This document shows, in pieces, positions 47,135 through 57,570 of a DNA stretch of 64,000 nucleotides. The notes beneath the pieces were generated by a model, which saw only the letters and a list, made by a program, of their open reading frames with translations, did not search any database and was not told where the DNA came from. This DNA comes from Micavibrio sp. (lineage in GTDB: Bacteria > Patescibacteriota > Minisyncoccia > Moranbacterales > GCA-2747515). The position numbers and the translations under genes were made by a program. Numbering within the stretch: the first letter of the stretch is position 1; each line of letters begins with the position of its first letter. The stretch spans positions 113,161-177,160 of the forward strand of contig DYDB01000002.1 of NCBI GenBank assembly GCA_020718085.1. Direction: 5' to 3'.

Positions 47135-48385
47135 ATGACAAAAATTACAAAGATCTTTGCACGAGAGGTATTGGATTCTCGTGGAAATCCAACAGTTGAG
47201 GCTGAAGTGCATCTTGAAAATGGTGTAAAGTCATGGTCACAAGTGCCAAGCGGTGCATCTACGGGAGAATTCGAGGCATTGGAATTACGTGATGGAGATA
47301 AATCGCGTTTTGGAGGTAAAGGAGTATTGAAAGCCGTTGCATTTGTAAATGGAGAAATTGCCGAGAAGATCGTTGGTATGGACGCGCAAGAGCAAAAGAA
47401 GATCGATGAGGCAATGGTTGCGTTAGATGGAACGGAAAATAAGGCTCGATTGGGTGCAAATGCGATTCTCGGTGTGTCTTTGGCAGCGTGTCGTGCAGCG
47501 GCAATCAGTAATGATGTGCCTTTGTATCGTTATATTTCACACATGCACGGTACACAAGAAATGAAAATGCCCATTCCGATGTTCAATGTGATCAATGGTG
47601 GCAAGCATGCGGATAGCGGATTGGCTGTGCAAGAATACAAAGTTGTGCCTCGTGGTATTCAAACATTCAAGGAACAATATCGTGCTGGTGCGGAAATTTT
47701 TCATGCACTACAAGAAAATCTTTCTGCAAAAAAATTATCCACAGCTGTTGGTGATGAGGGGGGTTTTGCACCTCGTTTGGAAGATAATCATGCGCCACTG
47801 GCGGAGATCAAAAATGCGGCAGAAAGTGCTGGATACAAAATGGGTGCACAAATTGGCATTGCGATTGATGTTGCGGCGAATTCTTTTTACTGTGATGATT
47901 GTAAAAAATACGCATTTCAATTGGAAGGAGAATCACTTTCAAAGGGTCAATTGCTTGAACGTTATGAAGAATGGATTGCCAATGATCATGTGTTTAGTAT
48001 TGAAGATGGCTTGACGGAATATGATTGGGGTGGATGGCATGAAATGTATGAAAAATTTAATGATCGCATTATGCTCATTGGTGATGACCTGCTTGTAACA
48101 AACACAAAACGCCTGCAGCGTGCCATTGATGAAAAAGCATGTAACGCAGCGTTGATCAAACCAAATCAAATTGGCACAGTAACGGAAACTTTGCAATGCA
48201 TTGCGCTTGCACAGCAACACAAGATGCGTGTGATTGTATCACATCGTAGTGGTGAAACAATTGATGATTTTATTGCGGATTTTTCTGTTGGAGTTGGTGC
48301 TGATTTTATAAAAACGGGATCGCTTTCTCGCGGTGAACGTTTATGTAAGTACAATCGCTTATTAACGATCGAGGAGCAGCTATAA
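47135..48385 (+). CDS. eno: enolase
   Basis: ITKIFAREVLDSRGNPTVEAEV, catalytic loop, SHRSGETID. Confidence 0.9.
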   Translation: MTKITKIFAREVLDSRGNPTVEAEVHLENGVKSWSQVPSGASTGEFEALELRDGDKSRFGGKGVLKAVAFVNGEIAEKIVGMDAQEQKKIDEAMVALDGTENKARLGANAILGVSLAACRAAAISNDVPLYRYISHMHGTQEMKMPIPMFNVINGGKHADSGLAVQEYKVVPRGIQTFKEQYRAGAEIFHALQENLSAKKLSTAVGDEGGFAPRLEDNHAPLAEIKNAAESAGYKMGAQIGIAIDVAANSFYCDDCKKYAFQLEGESLSKGQLLERYEEWIANDHVFSIEDGLTEYDWGGWHEMYEKFNDRIMLIGDDLLVTNTKRLQRAIDEKACNAALIKPNQIGTVTETLQCIALAQQHKMRVIVSHRSGETIDDFIADFSVGVGADFIKTGSLSRGERLCKYNRLLTIEEQL

Positions 48386-48389
48386 TATT

Positions 48390-49418
48390 ATGATAAACCA
48401 AAAGCCAAAAGTTATCTGTGTGGGGAGCATGGGAAAAGATATATTTTTTCCTATTGATCCAACACAAATGTCACATGGTGCACAATATTCCACGACGGAT
48501 TCCAAATGGTTCAACTTTGAATATGGCAGTAAAATTCATGTTGAGGATCGCTATAATGCTTTGGGTGGATGTGCATGTAATGTGTCGATTGGCTTGGCAA
48601 GATTGGGAGTTCATGTGTCTGCATGTGGCAATATTGGTAGTGATGCGGAAGGTAAATGGATCATGGATGTATTGCAAGAGGAAAGTGTTGATATAGAAAA
48701 AGTGCACATGATCGAAAATGCAAAAACAGATCTCTCTGTCATTTTGGTTGACACTGTTGTAGGTGAACGTACAATTTTTGTGAATCGTGATGTAGGTGAA
48801 CGATTGATCATTACAGAAAATGATATAAATAATGCGCAGTGGTGTTATGTGAGTTCGTTGTATGGAGAAAACTTACGAAATAACATGCATGTTTTGCATC
48901 ACGCAGTTACAAGCGGAAAGATTATGTTGGCATATAACCCTGGAGGAAATAATATTGCGCATGATGCAGATATCGTATTGGATCTCATCCATCATGCACG
49001 CATTGTTTTTGTCAATCGAACAGAAGCGCGAGAAATTATTGCACATTTTGATTCTGTAAAAAATGAAAAAAATGAAAAAGAAGAGTTGTATCTTTTGCAT
49101 ACGTTGAAGCAACATATGAAGGATGATAATGGTGTCGTTGTGCTTACGGATGGACGCAATGGTGCATGGGCATGTGGAAGTGATGAGATCTTGCGTACAA
49201 CTACGATCGATAAAGATCCTCATGACACAACAGGGGCCGGAGATGCTTTCGCAAGTGGATTTTTAGGGGGCTTTCTTTATGGAAAAACACTTACACAGTG
49301 TATGCAATGGGGGGGCGCAAACAGTGACTCTGTTATTGATCACTATGGTGCACAAAAAGGATTATTGCGGTATGATATAATTGAGAAGCAGTCACGGATG
49401 TTTGATGTGAAAAAATAA
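48390..49418 (+). CDS. PfkB-family carbohydrate kinase
   Basis: DTTGAGDAFASGFLGG anion-hole motif. Confidence 0.7.
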   Translation: MINQKPKVICVGSMGKDIFFPIDPTQMSHGAQYSTTDSKWFNFEYGSKIHVEDRYNALGGCACNVSIGLARLGVHVSACGNIGSDAEGKWIMDVLQEESVDIEKVHMIENAKTDLSVILVDTVVGERTIFVNRDVGERLIITENDINNAQWCYVSSLYGENLRNNMHVLHHAVTSGKIMLAYNPGGNNIAHDADIVLDLIHHARIVFVNRTEAREIIAHFDSVKNEKNEKEELYLLHTLKQHMKDDNGVVVLTDGRNGAWACGSDEILRTTTIDKDPHDTTGAGDAFASGFLGGFLYGKTLTQCMQWGGANSDSVIDHYGAQKGLLRYDIIEKQSRMFDVKK

Positions 49419-49427
49419 GAAATTTAC

Positions 49428-50690
49428 ATGGGATTTTTAAGTAAAATCACACATTTAAAAACAGACAAGGAGTATTATCTTGCTCTGGATGTCGGTACAG
49501 AGGTTGTAAAATCTCTTGTTTTTAAGCTTGATAAAAAAGAAAATAAAGGAATCATTGTTGGTGTGGGACGTGAAAAACAAGATCGTGGAAATATGCAAAG
49601 TGGGGCAATCTCTGATATTAGCGGTGTGATTAATACGTGTCGCAAAGCGATTGATCGTGCAAAAAAAAGTGCTGGGATCAAAGAAGTGTCACTCGCAGTT
49701 ATGGGAGTTGCAGGAGAATTGGTAAAAGGCACAACAACAACTGTGCATTATGAACGCGCAAATCCAAATGTGCGCATAGAATTACCTGAACTCAAAGAGA
49801 TCATCCAGCGTGTACAGTGGAAAACATTTGAACGAATTAAGGAACAAGTGGAATGGGAGATCGGGCGGTCCGCGGATGTCAAACTCATTAATGCAGCGAT
49901 CGTTGATGTGCGCATTGACGGGTACCGCGTTACAAATCCGTTGAACTTTCAGGGAAAAAGTTTGTCGATCAGTGTTTTCAACGCATATGCGCCAATGATG
50001 CATCTTGGTGCAGTGGATACAATTGCTGAAGAATTGGATCTTGAGCTAATACGCGTTGCTGCTGAGCCTTATGCGGTTTCTGCATCCGTTGGCTATGAGG
50101 ACATTCTGGATTTTAACGGCATCTTTATTGATATTGGTGGTGGTACGACTGATATTGCCGTAGTTCGTAATGGTGGATTGGAAGGTACAAAGATGTTTGC
50201 ATTGGGTGGACGTGCTTTTTCAAAACGCTTGGCACAAATTTTGCGCATCCCCTATGAAGAAGCGGAGGTCTTGAAAATGAAATATGCCTGTGGTAAACTG
50301 CCGCAGAATGTTTCTGAGCAATTTGCAAAGATCTTATTGCAAGACAGTAAGGTGTGGCTTGGTGGCGTTGAATTGTCTCTCATGGAATTTGCAGAGAAGG
50401 ATCTTTTGCCTGCAAATATTTATTTGTGTGGAGGAGGTAGTGCGTTACCTGAAATTGGACAGGTTTTGTTGAGTGAGGAGTGGGCAAAGAAATTGCCGTT
50501 TACAAAAAAGCCCCGGGTAAATTTCTTACAACCAAAAGATGTGATCAATATTGTGGATCAAACAGGAGAATTGGATAACCCACAAGATGTGACTCCTATG
50601 GCATTGGCAAACTTAATTGTGGAGATGTCAACTAAAGAAAAGGCGATATCGCAAATTCTCCAACGTGCAATGCGTGATGTTCAGAAGTAA
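49428..50690 (+). CDS. actin-like ATPase, FtsA-like
   Basis: ALDVGTE, IDIGGGTTDIAVV, LCGGGSALPEI. The 420-aa size fits FtsA. Confidence 0.55.
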   Translation: MGFLSKITHLKTDKEYYLALDVGTEVVKSLVFKLDKKENKGIIVGVGREKQDRGNMQSGAISDISGVINTCRKAIDRAKKSAGIKEVSLAVMGVAGELVKGTTTTVHYERANPNVRIELPELKEIIQRVQWKTFERIKEQVEWEIGRSADVKLINAAIVDVRIDGYRVTNPLNFQGKSLSISVFNAYAPMMHLGAVDTIAEELDLELIRVAAEPYAVSASVGYEDILDFNGIFIDIGGGTTDIAVVRNGGLEGTKMFALGGRAFSKRLAQILRIPYEEAEVLKMKYACGKLPQNVSEQFAKILLQDSKVWLGGVELSLMEFAEKDLLPANIYLCGGGSALPEIGQVLLSEEWAKKLPFTKKPRVNFLQPKDVINIVDQTGELDNPQDVTPMALANLIVEMSTKEKAISQILQRAMRDVQK

Positions 50691-50714
50691 GTTATAACCT
50701 TATTACAATAATTT

Positions 50715-52880
50715 ATGTCGCACGATGTCGGACAACAGAAGATCATCATTGATGTAGACGAAGAAATTACGACGGTTATTGATCAGTTGCGTTTTGTGCG
50801 TGGTAATGATGTTGGACTTGTTGTACCACAGCGCGCAGTGATCTTACAGAGCGTCATGAATCTCAAGTTATTGGCGCAAGAAGCACAACGTATGCGAAAA
50901 AAGATCGTAATTATCACGCGTGATAATGATGGTATGGTTTTTGCGCAGAGAGCCGGTATCGCAACACAAGCATTTTCTGCGGATGAGGAAACATCTCGCG
51001 CACCTCGCGTTTTTGAAGAGACAAAGAACGTATCACCGATCCAACGAGAAAGAGAGATCATGGACGTTCCTCAGATGCAAAAAATACATAAAAATATTGG
51101 TGCGCAGAGTTTTCTTGCATCGCAACAGCAATCGGCACATTATGTGCAAGGAAATGATCATTATGTTGCACAAAACAGTCGAGAATATGTATCGCAGAAG
51201 AATTATGAGGCCGATGGAATGATAGATCATAAAACATCTCGGCCGACACAGGGTCAATATATGTATCGTCAAGATGGACTACTGCCGCAGCGTACTATTG
51301 CGGCGCAAACACGTCATTCCCAGCAGGTGGTACGTGGTACGGGTTTTGATATTGGAAATAATGGTGCAATACCACAGAAAGTGCGTCAGAGTCAGTCGAC
51401 TTTGGAACAAAGAAGTGCGTTGGCGATGTCTCGAGATATGTTAAATAATGATCATGAACAAAGAGATGACGGTATTGCCCAATATGAAAGAACATTATCC
51501 GAGGCGCGCATTGATCATCTTTCATCACAACAAGCAGTGCGCGATATTCCGCAAAAAGATCAGCCGGATGCACATAAATTATACAATAGTATGCCGTCAC
51601 GTGTGATTGGCACAACGCATACCCGTGACACATCGCGACATATTCCTGTGCATGATGAATCCATACGTTTAAAAACCCATAATACCGGTGATATCACAGC
51701 AGTATCTCCTCGTGCTCGATTTCTAGTAAAGGGTTTATTTTTTGGTGCCGTAACATTGGTTGCAGTGATCATTTTCATTATTATTGCACCAAAAACAGAG
51801 ATCATGATCACACCAAAAAATATTGTCATTAACGATACTGTGGAAATTACTGCACGTGTAGACCAAACTGCAGTTGAAAGTGAGCGACGCATTGTGCCAG
51901 CACGCGTGATTGAGCGCGATATCACGTTTACCAAGAGCTTTTCTGCAACAGGAAAGGGTGATGTAAGTGCGCAAAAAGCACAAGGATCGATCACTATTTA
52001 TAATACATATGATGACAAACCACAGTCACTTGTGGCCAGCACGCGATTTCTTGCGGAAAATGGCATGTTGTTTCGTTTGGTCAAAGCAACGACAATTCCT
52101 GGAATGAAAAATGGTGAACCAGGTAAAGTGGAAGCTTTGGTGATCGCTGATAAAGATGGTGCAGAAGGCAATATTGCACCGACACAATTTTCCATACCCG
52201 GTTTTGATGGAAGTCCGAAGAAGGAGAAGTTCTATGCCATTAGTGAAAAAGCAATGTTGGGTGGTGGTACGGGTGGCAGTGGAGTAGCGCTGGTAAGTGA
52301 AGATGATATTGCGCGTGCGCAAAAAGAAATGGAAACTGAACTAAAACAATATGTTCAAGAACAATTAACCTCCATGATCCGTCCTGAAAGTGAAGTGTTG
52401 CTTCCGGAGGCAATTATATCGGAGATTACGCGATCAGAGCCTAGTGTGAGCGCGCAAACAATGAGCGATCAATTCATGTATGAGATCGTGGCGCACGTGT
52501 ATGCAATGGCCTTTGTTCAGGAAGATGCTACAAATATATTGACGGCAAGTGTGGATATACCAGATAGTGCGAGCGCAAATGATATTGATATGCGCTTATT
52601 GTTCGACAGTGTTCAGATGGATCGTGAGAATGGCATGATGCGGTTTAGTGTGCATGGTAATGCAGAATTGGTGGCAATAGTTGTGATAGATGATTTTAAA
52701 AAAGATATTGTGGGGAAAAAACATGATGATCTTCGTGCCTTGATCGAAAACCGATATAGAAACACGATCGAAAAGATCACGATCGAGAGCGTTTTCCCGC
52801 AAAAACCAAGCTTTTTAGGAGAAAAGATCTCTCGATTTGAATTTATGACACATGTATCTGTCAGTGATCCTGAAAGATGA
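50715..52880 (+). CDS. hypothetical bitopic membrane protein (721 aa; Q/R-rich cytoplasmic half, one TM near residue 335, ~360-aa extracytoplasmic domain)
   Basis: Single hydrophobic segment LFFGAVTLVAVIIFIIIAP. Lies immediately downstream of the ftsA-like gene. Confidence 0.5.
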   Translation: MSHDVGQQKIIIDVDEEITTVIDQLRFVRGNDVGLVVPQRAVILQSVMNLKLLAQEAQRMRKKIVIITRDNDGMVFAQRAGIATQAFSADEETSRAPRVFEETKNVSPIQREREIMDVPQMQKIHKNIGAQSFLASQQQSAHYVQGNDHYVAQNSREYVSQKNYEADGMIDHKTSRPTQGQYMYRQDGLLPQRTIAAQTRHSQQVVRGTGFDIGNNGAIPQKVRQSQSTLEQRSALAMSRDMLNNDHEQRDDGIAQYERTLSEARIDHLSSQQAVRDIPQKDQPDAHKLYNSMPSRVIGTTHTRDTSRHIPVHDESIRLKTHNTGDITAVSPRARFLVKGLFFGAVTLVAVIIFIIIAPKTEIMITPKNIVINDTVEITARVDQTAVESERRIVPARVIERDITFTKSFSATGKGDVSAQKAQGSITIYNTYDDKPQSLVASTRFLAENGMLFRLVKATTIPGMKNGEPGKVEALVIADKDGAEGNIAPTQFSIPGFDGSPKKEKFYAISEKAMLGGGTGGSGVALVSEDDIARAQKEMETELKQYVQEQLTSMIRPESEVLLPEAIISEITRSEPSVSAQTMSDQFMYEIVAHVYAMAFVQEDATNILTASVDIPDSASANDIDMRLLFDSVQMDRENGMMRFSVHGNAELVAIVVIDDFKKDIVGKKHDDLRALIENRYRNTIEKITIESVFPQKPSFLGEKISRFEFMTHVSVSDPER

Positions 52881-53092
52881 AGATGAGCAAAACTAATGCA
52901 AAAAGCAACGCTCTTGACAATTTTTGAATGTTTGGTAGTATGGATACTACATGTTCGAGAAAATATTATACCAATAAGCACGAAGAGGTTTTCCAGTTGT
53001 ATATTGTCAGGATCTAGGAATGAGATTGTGCGGAAATAATACCCTCTTGTTTTTTGTTGTTATAAATATTTTTAGAATATATCACGTAAAAT

Positions 53093-53308
53093 ATGGCAAA
53101 AAAGGATACGATCAAATTGGAAGGAATAATCACTGAAACGTTACCGAGTACAACATTTCGTGTTACATTGGATAACGGACATGAAGTATTGGCGCACATA
53201 TCAGGTCGCATGCGTGTGCATTACATTCGTTTGCTTCCAGGGGATCGTGTTTTGGTGGAGATGAGTCCATATGATCTTACAAAAGGTCGTATCACTCAAA
53301 GACTGTAA
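53093..53308 (+). CDS. infA: translation initiation factor IF-1
   Basis: S1-like fold, near-identical to bacterial IF-1. Confidence 0.9.
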   Translation: MAKKDTIKLEGIITETLPSTTFRVTLDNGHEVLAHISGRMRVHYIRLLPGDRVLVEMSPYDLTKGRITQRL

Positions 53309-53327
53309 ATTTGTAACGTTTGAAAAG

Positions 53328-53441
53328 ATGAAGGTTCGTGCATCAGCAAAGAAAATTTGTAAACAATGTAAGGTCGTTCGTCGTCGCGGGCGTGTGTATG
53401 TTATTTGTGTCAATCCAAAACACAAACAGCGACAAGGGTAA
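53328..53441 (+). CDS. rpmJ: 50S ribosomal protein L36
   Basis: [37 protein letters not shown]. Below the ORF-track size cutoff. Confidence 0.85.
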   Translation: MKVRASAKKICKQCKVVRRRGRVYVICVNPKHKQRQG

Positions 53442-53465
53442 TTTTTAGAAGGTATTTTTATCAAT

Positions 53466-53855
53466 ATGATTCGTATTGCAGGTGTAAACATTCCAGATGA
53501 AAAGTGTATCGATATCTCGTTAACCTATGTTTTTGGCATTGGGATTGCAACAAGTAGAAAAATTCTTGCTGAACTTGGTATTGATCCGACAACGAGAACA
53601 AAGGATATTTCTGAAGCGGATTCGAATAAATTGCGTGATGTGATTGAAAATCAGTACAGTGTTGAAGGAGAGTTGCGTCATGAGCGAAAAATGAATGTTC
53701 GTCGTCTCAAAGAAATTAACTGTTATCGTGGTACGCGACATCAACGAGGTTTGCCTGTTCGCGGACAACGTACAAAAACAAACAATCGTACGGTACGCGG
53801 CAATAAACGTGTGACTATGGGAAGTGGACGAGCTTCTGCAGCGTCTAAGACGTAG
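53466..53855 (+). CDS. rpsM: 30S ribosomal protein S13
   Basis: MIRIAGVNIPDEK ... YRGTRHQRGLPVRGQRT. Confidence 0.9.
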   Translation: MIRIAGVNIPDEKCIDISLTYVFGIGIATSRKILAELGIDPTTRTKDISEADSNKLRDVIENQYSVEGELRHERKMNVRRLKEINCYRGTRHQRGLPVRGQRTKTNNRTVRGNKRVTMGSGRASAASKT

Positions 53856-53911
53856 GAATCAAATTTATATTTGATATTTTTCTCAACAACTAAGATTTTA
53901 TATACAGAGTC

Positions 53912-54367
53912 ATGAGCGATGAAATGATTACAAAAAAAGACGAGCAAACAACAGAAGCACCAGCTAAAGGTGTTGACGCACCTGTAGCAGCAGTTAGTCG
54001 TAAAAAAAGTGGTGTACGACAAATTCGCAAAGGGCAAGCACATATTCAATCCACATATAATAATACAATTATTACTGTGACCGATTTGAATGGTGCTGTT
54101 CTAGGATGGTCAAGTGCAGGATCTTTGGGGTTTAAGGGTGCAAAAAAATCAACCCCATATGCAGCCTCTCAAATTGTCAACGCTGTTGTGGAAAAAATAC
54201 AGAAAAATAATGTGAAGGAGTTGCAGATTTTTGTAAAAGGCGTTGGTGGAGGTCGCGATGCTGCAATTCGCGCTTTTGCTGCAAAGGGATTTGAACTTTC
54301 TCTCATTAAAGATTTGACGCCAGTTGCGCACAATGGTAATCGTCGTCGCAAACCACGTCGCGTGTAG
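53912..54367 (+). CDS. rpsK: 30S ribosomal protein S11
   Basis: AHIQSTYNNTIITVTDLNG ... GGGRDAAIRA. Confidence 0.9.
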   Translation: MSDEMITKKDEQTTEAPAKGVDAPVAAVSRKKSGVRQIRKGQAHIQSTYNNTIITVTDLNGAVLGWSSAGSLGFKGAKKSTPYAASQIVNAVVEKIQKNNVKELQIFVKGVGGGRDAAIRAFAAKGFELSLIKDLTPVAHNGNRRRKPRRV

Positions 54368-54405
54368 TTTATATAAATGTATTAATTTAAGCAGTATACA
54401 AGAAT

Positions 54406-55026
54406 ATGGCCCGATATAGAGGATCAAAAGCGAAGATTTGTCGTCGATTTGGCGAGAATATTTATGGATCAGAAAAATATGATCGTATTTTGGCGCGAAA
54501 AAATTATGCACCTGGCGTGCATGGAAAAAGTTTTTCTCGTACAAAAAGTGAGTTTGGACGACAACTTCTTATGAAGCAGAAGGCAAAACATATTTATGGT
54601 ATATTGGAAAAACAATTTCGCAAACATTATGAAGATGTAAAAAATCGTCCTGGTGTTACTGGTGATCTTTTACTTGCACGATTGGAACAGCGTCTTGACA
54701 ATGTAATCTATCGACTTGGATTTGCAAATACACGACCGCAAGCACGTCAGGTTGTTAATCATGCGATGATCTATGTAAACGGAAAGAAAATGTCAATTCC
54801 TTCATATGAAGTGAAGGTGGGTGATGAGATCATGATTAATCCAACGAAGAAAGACAATGGTTATTTCAAAAATCAAGAGCAATACATTACGAACAAAAAG
54901 AATGTACCAGGATGGCTTTCTTTGGATGCAAAGGGCATGACAGGAAAAGTTGTGGCGTTGCCGAAGCGTGATGATTTTGATGCAAATATCAATGCGCAGA
55001 TCATTGTTGAATTTTATTCTAAATAA
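54406..55026 (+). CDS. rpsD: 30S ribosomal protein S4
   Basis: MARYRGSKAKICRRFG ... S4 domain. Confidence 0.9.
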   Translation: MARYRGSKAKICRRFGENIYGSEKYDRILARKNYAPGVHGKSFSRTKSEFGRQLLMKQKAKHIYGILEKQFRKHYEDVKNRPGVTGDLLLARLEQRLDNVIYRLGFANTRPQARQVVNHAMIYVNGKKMSIPSYEVKVGDEIMINPTKKDNGYFKNQEQYITNKKNVPGWLSLDAKGMTGKVVALPKRDDFDANINAQIIVEFYSK

Positions 55027-55058
55027 TCTCTTTTTTATTAACTTGCTAAATAAAAAGT

Positions 55059-55766
55059 ATGTCAATCATTTCAGTACCACAAGCATCACAATATACTGAA
55101 GGTAAAAACAATACCGGTACGATCGAGATTCCAGCCTGTTTTCCTGGTTATGGTACAACGCTCGGTAATGCGATTCGACGTGTGTTGTTATCTTCCATTG
55201 AAGGTGCTGCGATCACATCTGTGAAGATTAAAGGTGTGTCTCATGAATTTTCTGCGATTGATGGTGTGTTGGAGGATGTTGTGCAGATCATTTTAAATCT
55301 CAAGCAAGTGCGATTTCACATGCATGGCGATGAAAAAATGACGGCAACACTTAAGACAAAGGGTGAGGGTGTGGTTACGGCAGAGGATATTGATGTGTCA
55401 ACGGGCCTTGAGATCGTTGATGGCTCACAACACATTGCAACACTTACAGATAAAAAGGCAAGTTTGGAGATTGAATTCACAATCGAAAAAGGCATTGGTT
55501 ATGTTCCGTCAGATCAGCATACTGCAGAAGAGCGTGAGGTTGGTGCAATTATGATCGATGCTGTATATACACCAGTGAAGCGTGTGAATTACAATGTGGA
55601 AAATATGCGCGTCGGTAAGCGGACAGATTATGAAAAAGTGACTTTGGAGATCGTGACAGATGGAAGTATCACTCCGCAAGAAGCGTTTGATAATGCTGTT
55701 GATATTTTGGTTGAGCAGTTCAGTGTTTTGTCTTCAGGCAATACTCAGACGGCAATCGAAGAATAA
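55059..55766 (+). CDS. rpoA: DNA-directed RNA polymerase alpha subunit, N-terminal domain only (235 aa; no alpha-CTD)
   Basis: GYGTTLGNAIRRVLLSS ... alpha-NTD dimerisation/assembly domain. The stop comes right after the NTD, and rplQ follows immediately. Confidence 0.8.
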   Translation: MSIISVPQASQYTEGKNNTGTIEIPACFPGYGTTLGNAIRRVLLSSIEGAAITSVKIKGVSHEFSAIDGVLEDVVQIILNLKQVRFHMHGDEKMTATLKTKGEGVVTAEDIDVSTGLEIVDGSQHIATLTDKKASLEIEFTIEKGIGYVPSDQHTAEEREVGAIMIDAVYTPVKRVNYNVENMRVGKRTDYEKVTLEIVTDGSITPQEAFDNAVDILVEQFSVLSSGNTQTAIEE

Positions 55767-55784
55767 ATAAGTAATTTTAGAGTC

Positions 55785-56207
55785 ATGAAACACCGAAAAA
55801 CTGGAAGACAATTTGGACGCGTACGCTCGCAACGAAAAGCGTTGATGTACTCACTTTTGAGTAGCTTGTTGATCCATGGTCGTATCGAAACGACTGAAGC
55901 AAAGGCCAAAGAAACGAAAGATGCGATTGATAAGATCATCACAAAGGCAAAACGAGCACAAGGTTCTCGTATGGAAATTGCACGTAAACTGCAAAATGAA
56001 GTTTCAGAAGATGCGGTTGCAGTACTTATGGACAGTATGGAAAAATTTGATGCGCGTGTGAGCGGGTACTCTCGTGTGATCAAACTTATACCTCGTAAAA
56101 GTGATGGCTCCAGTATGGCGGTGATCGAGTTGGTGGATTTTGTCAAAAAACCAGCACAAAAAAAGGTAGAGGTGGCAGAAAAGGTGAAGACTGAGACTGC
56201 TAAATAA
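55785..56207 (+). CDS. rplQ: 50S ribosomal protein L17
   Basis: MKHRKTGRQFGRVRSQRKAL. Confidence 0.9.
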   Translation: MKHRKTGRQFGRVRSQRKALMYSLLSSLLIHGRIETTEAKAKETKDAIDKIITKAKRAQGSRMEIARKLQNEVSEDAVAVLMDSMEKFDARVSGYSRVIKLIPRKSDGSSMAVIELVDFVKKPAQKKVEVAEKVKTETAK

Positions 56208-56230
56208 ATTGTAACGATTGATTCAAAAAC

Positions 56231-56620
56231 ATGGAACGACAATATCATTTATTTGACGCGAATAATAAAGTGCTTGGACGATTATCAACGGAGATCGCAC
56301 GTGTTTTGATGGGTAAAGATAGAGTTGATTATGCACCACATATCGATGGTGGAGATGCTGTTGTCGTAATCAATGCACAGAAGATCAAATTGACAGGTAC
56401 AAAAGATCAGAATAAAAAATATTATGATTTCTCAGGATACTCCAGTGGGATCAGAGAAATAACAGCTGGTGAATTGCGTAAAAAAGATGCTGCAGAGATC
56501 ATTCGTCGATCTGTAAAAGGTATGCTGCCAAAAAATAAATTGAGCAGTCAGATGCAAAAGAGATTGTTTGTTTATAATGATGGTGAATATTCTGAGAAGA
56601 TTGATATTACTCATGAATAA
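56231..56620 (+). CDS. rplM: 50S ribosomal protein L13
   Basis: VLGRLSTEIARVLMGK ... DGGDAVVVINA. Confidence 0.9.
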   Translation: MERQYHLFDANNKVLGRLSTEIARVLMGKDRVDYAPHIDGGDAVVVINAQKIKLTGTKDQNKKYYDFSGYSSGIREITAGELRKKDAAEIIRRSVKGMLPKNKLSSQMQKRLFVYNDGEYSEKIDITHE

Positions 56621-56662
56621 ACGCATTTTCGTGTGCGATCGTAATTTTTCGAAATAACATTT

Positions 56663-57112
56663 ATGGTGACAAAGAAGCAAGTAAAAGAAGTGAAGAATAT
56701 ATTTTTTGATGGTGTATATCATTTTGCTGTGGGTCGCAGAAAAGCTGCAGTTGCACAAGTTCGTGTGTATTGTGATAAAAAAGGTGTTGACAATCAGGGT
56801 TTGATCGTCAATGGAAAGGTCTTTGATGAGTATTTTATGACAAATGCGCAAAAAGAAGCTTTTATGGGTGCGCTTAGAACTACAGGTTTGCAGGATACAT
56901 GTGCAGTTTCTGTTTTGGTAAAGGGTGGTGGTCTTTCTGGACAAGCGGAGGCTGTTCGTCTGGGTATTTCTCGCGCGTTGGTTAAATTTGATGAAACATT
57001 GCGTCCAGCATTGAAATCAGAAGGATTTTTGACGCGTGATGCGCGTGTTGTTGAACGCAAGAAGCCAGGGCTTCGTAAAGCACGTCGTTCACCGCAGTGG
57101 AGCAAGCGTTAA
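56663..57112 (+). CDS. rpsI: 30S ribosomal protein S9
   Basis: C-terminal KKPGLRKARRSPQWSKR. Confidence 0.9.
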   Translation: MVTKKQVKEVKNIFFDGVYHFAVGRRKAAVAQVRVYCDKKGVDNQGLIVNGKVFDEYFMTNAQKEAFMGALRTTGLQDTCAVSVLVKGGGLSGQAEAVRLGISRALVKFDETLRPALKSEGFLTRDARVVERKKPGLRKARRSPQWSKR

Positions 57113-57142
57113 TCCCATTCTTTTTTTGAGATACTTTTTTGA

Positions 57143-57172
57143 AAAACCCACTAGTGAAGTGGGTTTTTGTTT
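57143..57172 (+). terminator. intrinsic terminator after rpsI
   Basis: aaaacccactagtgaagtgggtttttg. Confidence 0.7.
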
Positions 57173-57241
57173 ATTGTATGATCTTTGACTTTTTTTCGTT
57201 TCTGTAGTAGCATGGTATAAGAATTATTTAAGAATGATTAC

Positions 57242-57460
57242 ATGAAAGCATTATTGATTGTACAGGCCGTGGTCTCTGCTTTACTGGTTGTTGCGATTCT
57301 CATGCAAAACAAAGGGGAAGGTTTGGGTGTAATTGCCGGTGATTTTAGTGGTTCATATCATACAAAAAGAGGTTTTGAAAAATTCTTGGTTCGTTCGACA
57401 GTTGTGTTGGCAGTTGCATTTTTGGGTATTGCACTAGTTACCATTACGGTTGGTGCATGA
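57242..57460 (+). CDS. secG: preprotein translocase subunit SecG-like (72 aa, 2 TM)
   Basis: LLVVAILMQNKGEGLG resembles the SecG LLQ..KG.G motif. Confidence 0.55.
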   Translation: MKALLIVQAVVSALLVVAILMQNKGEGLGVIAGDFSGSYHTKRGFEKFLVRSTVVLAVAFLGIALVTITVGA

Positions 57461-57570
57461 TGCGCTTCGATGATGTCGTTTCTAATCTGTAAGATCTGTT
57501 TATAAAAGCCTTTTCTTTTCTCACAATTTTATCACCACGATATTTATTTCATCTAACCAAGGATTTTTCT

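Noticed and set aside
56432-56944. 170-aa minus-strand ORF across rplM/rpsI
   Set aside because: Antisense shadow of ribosomal protein genes.
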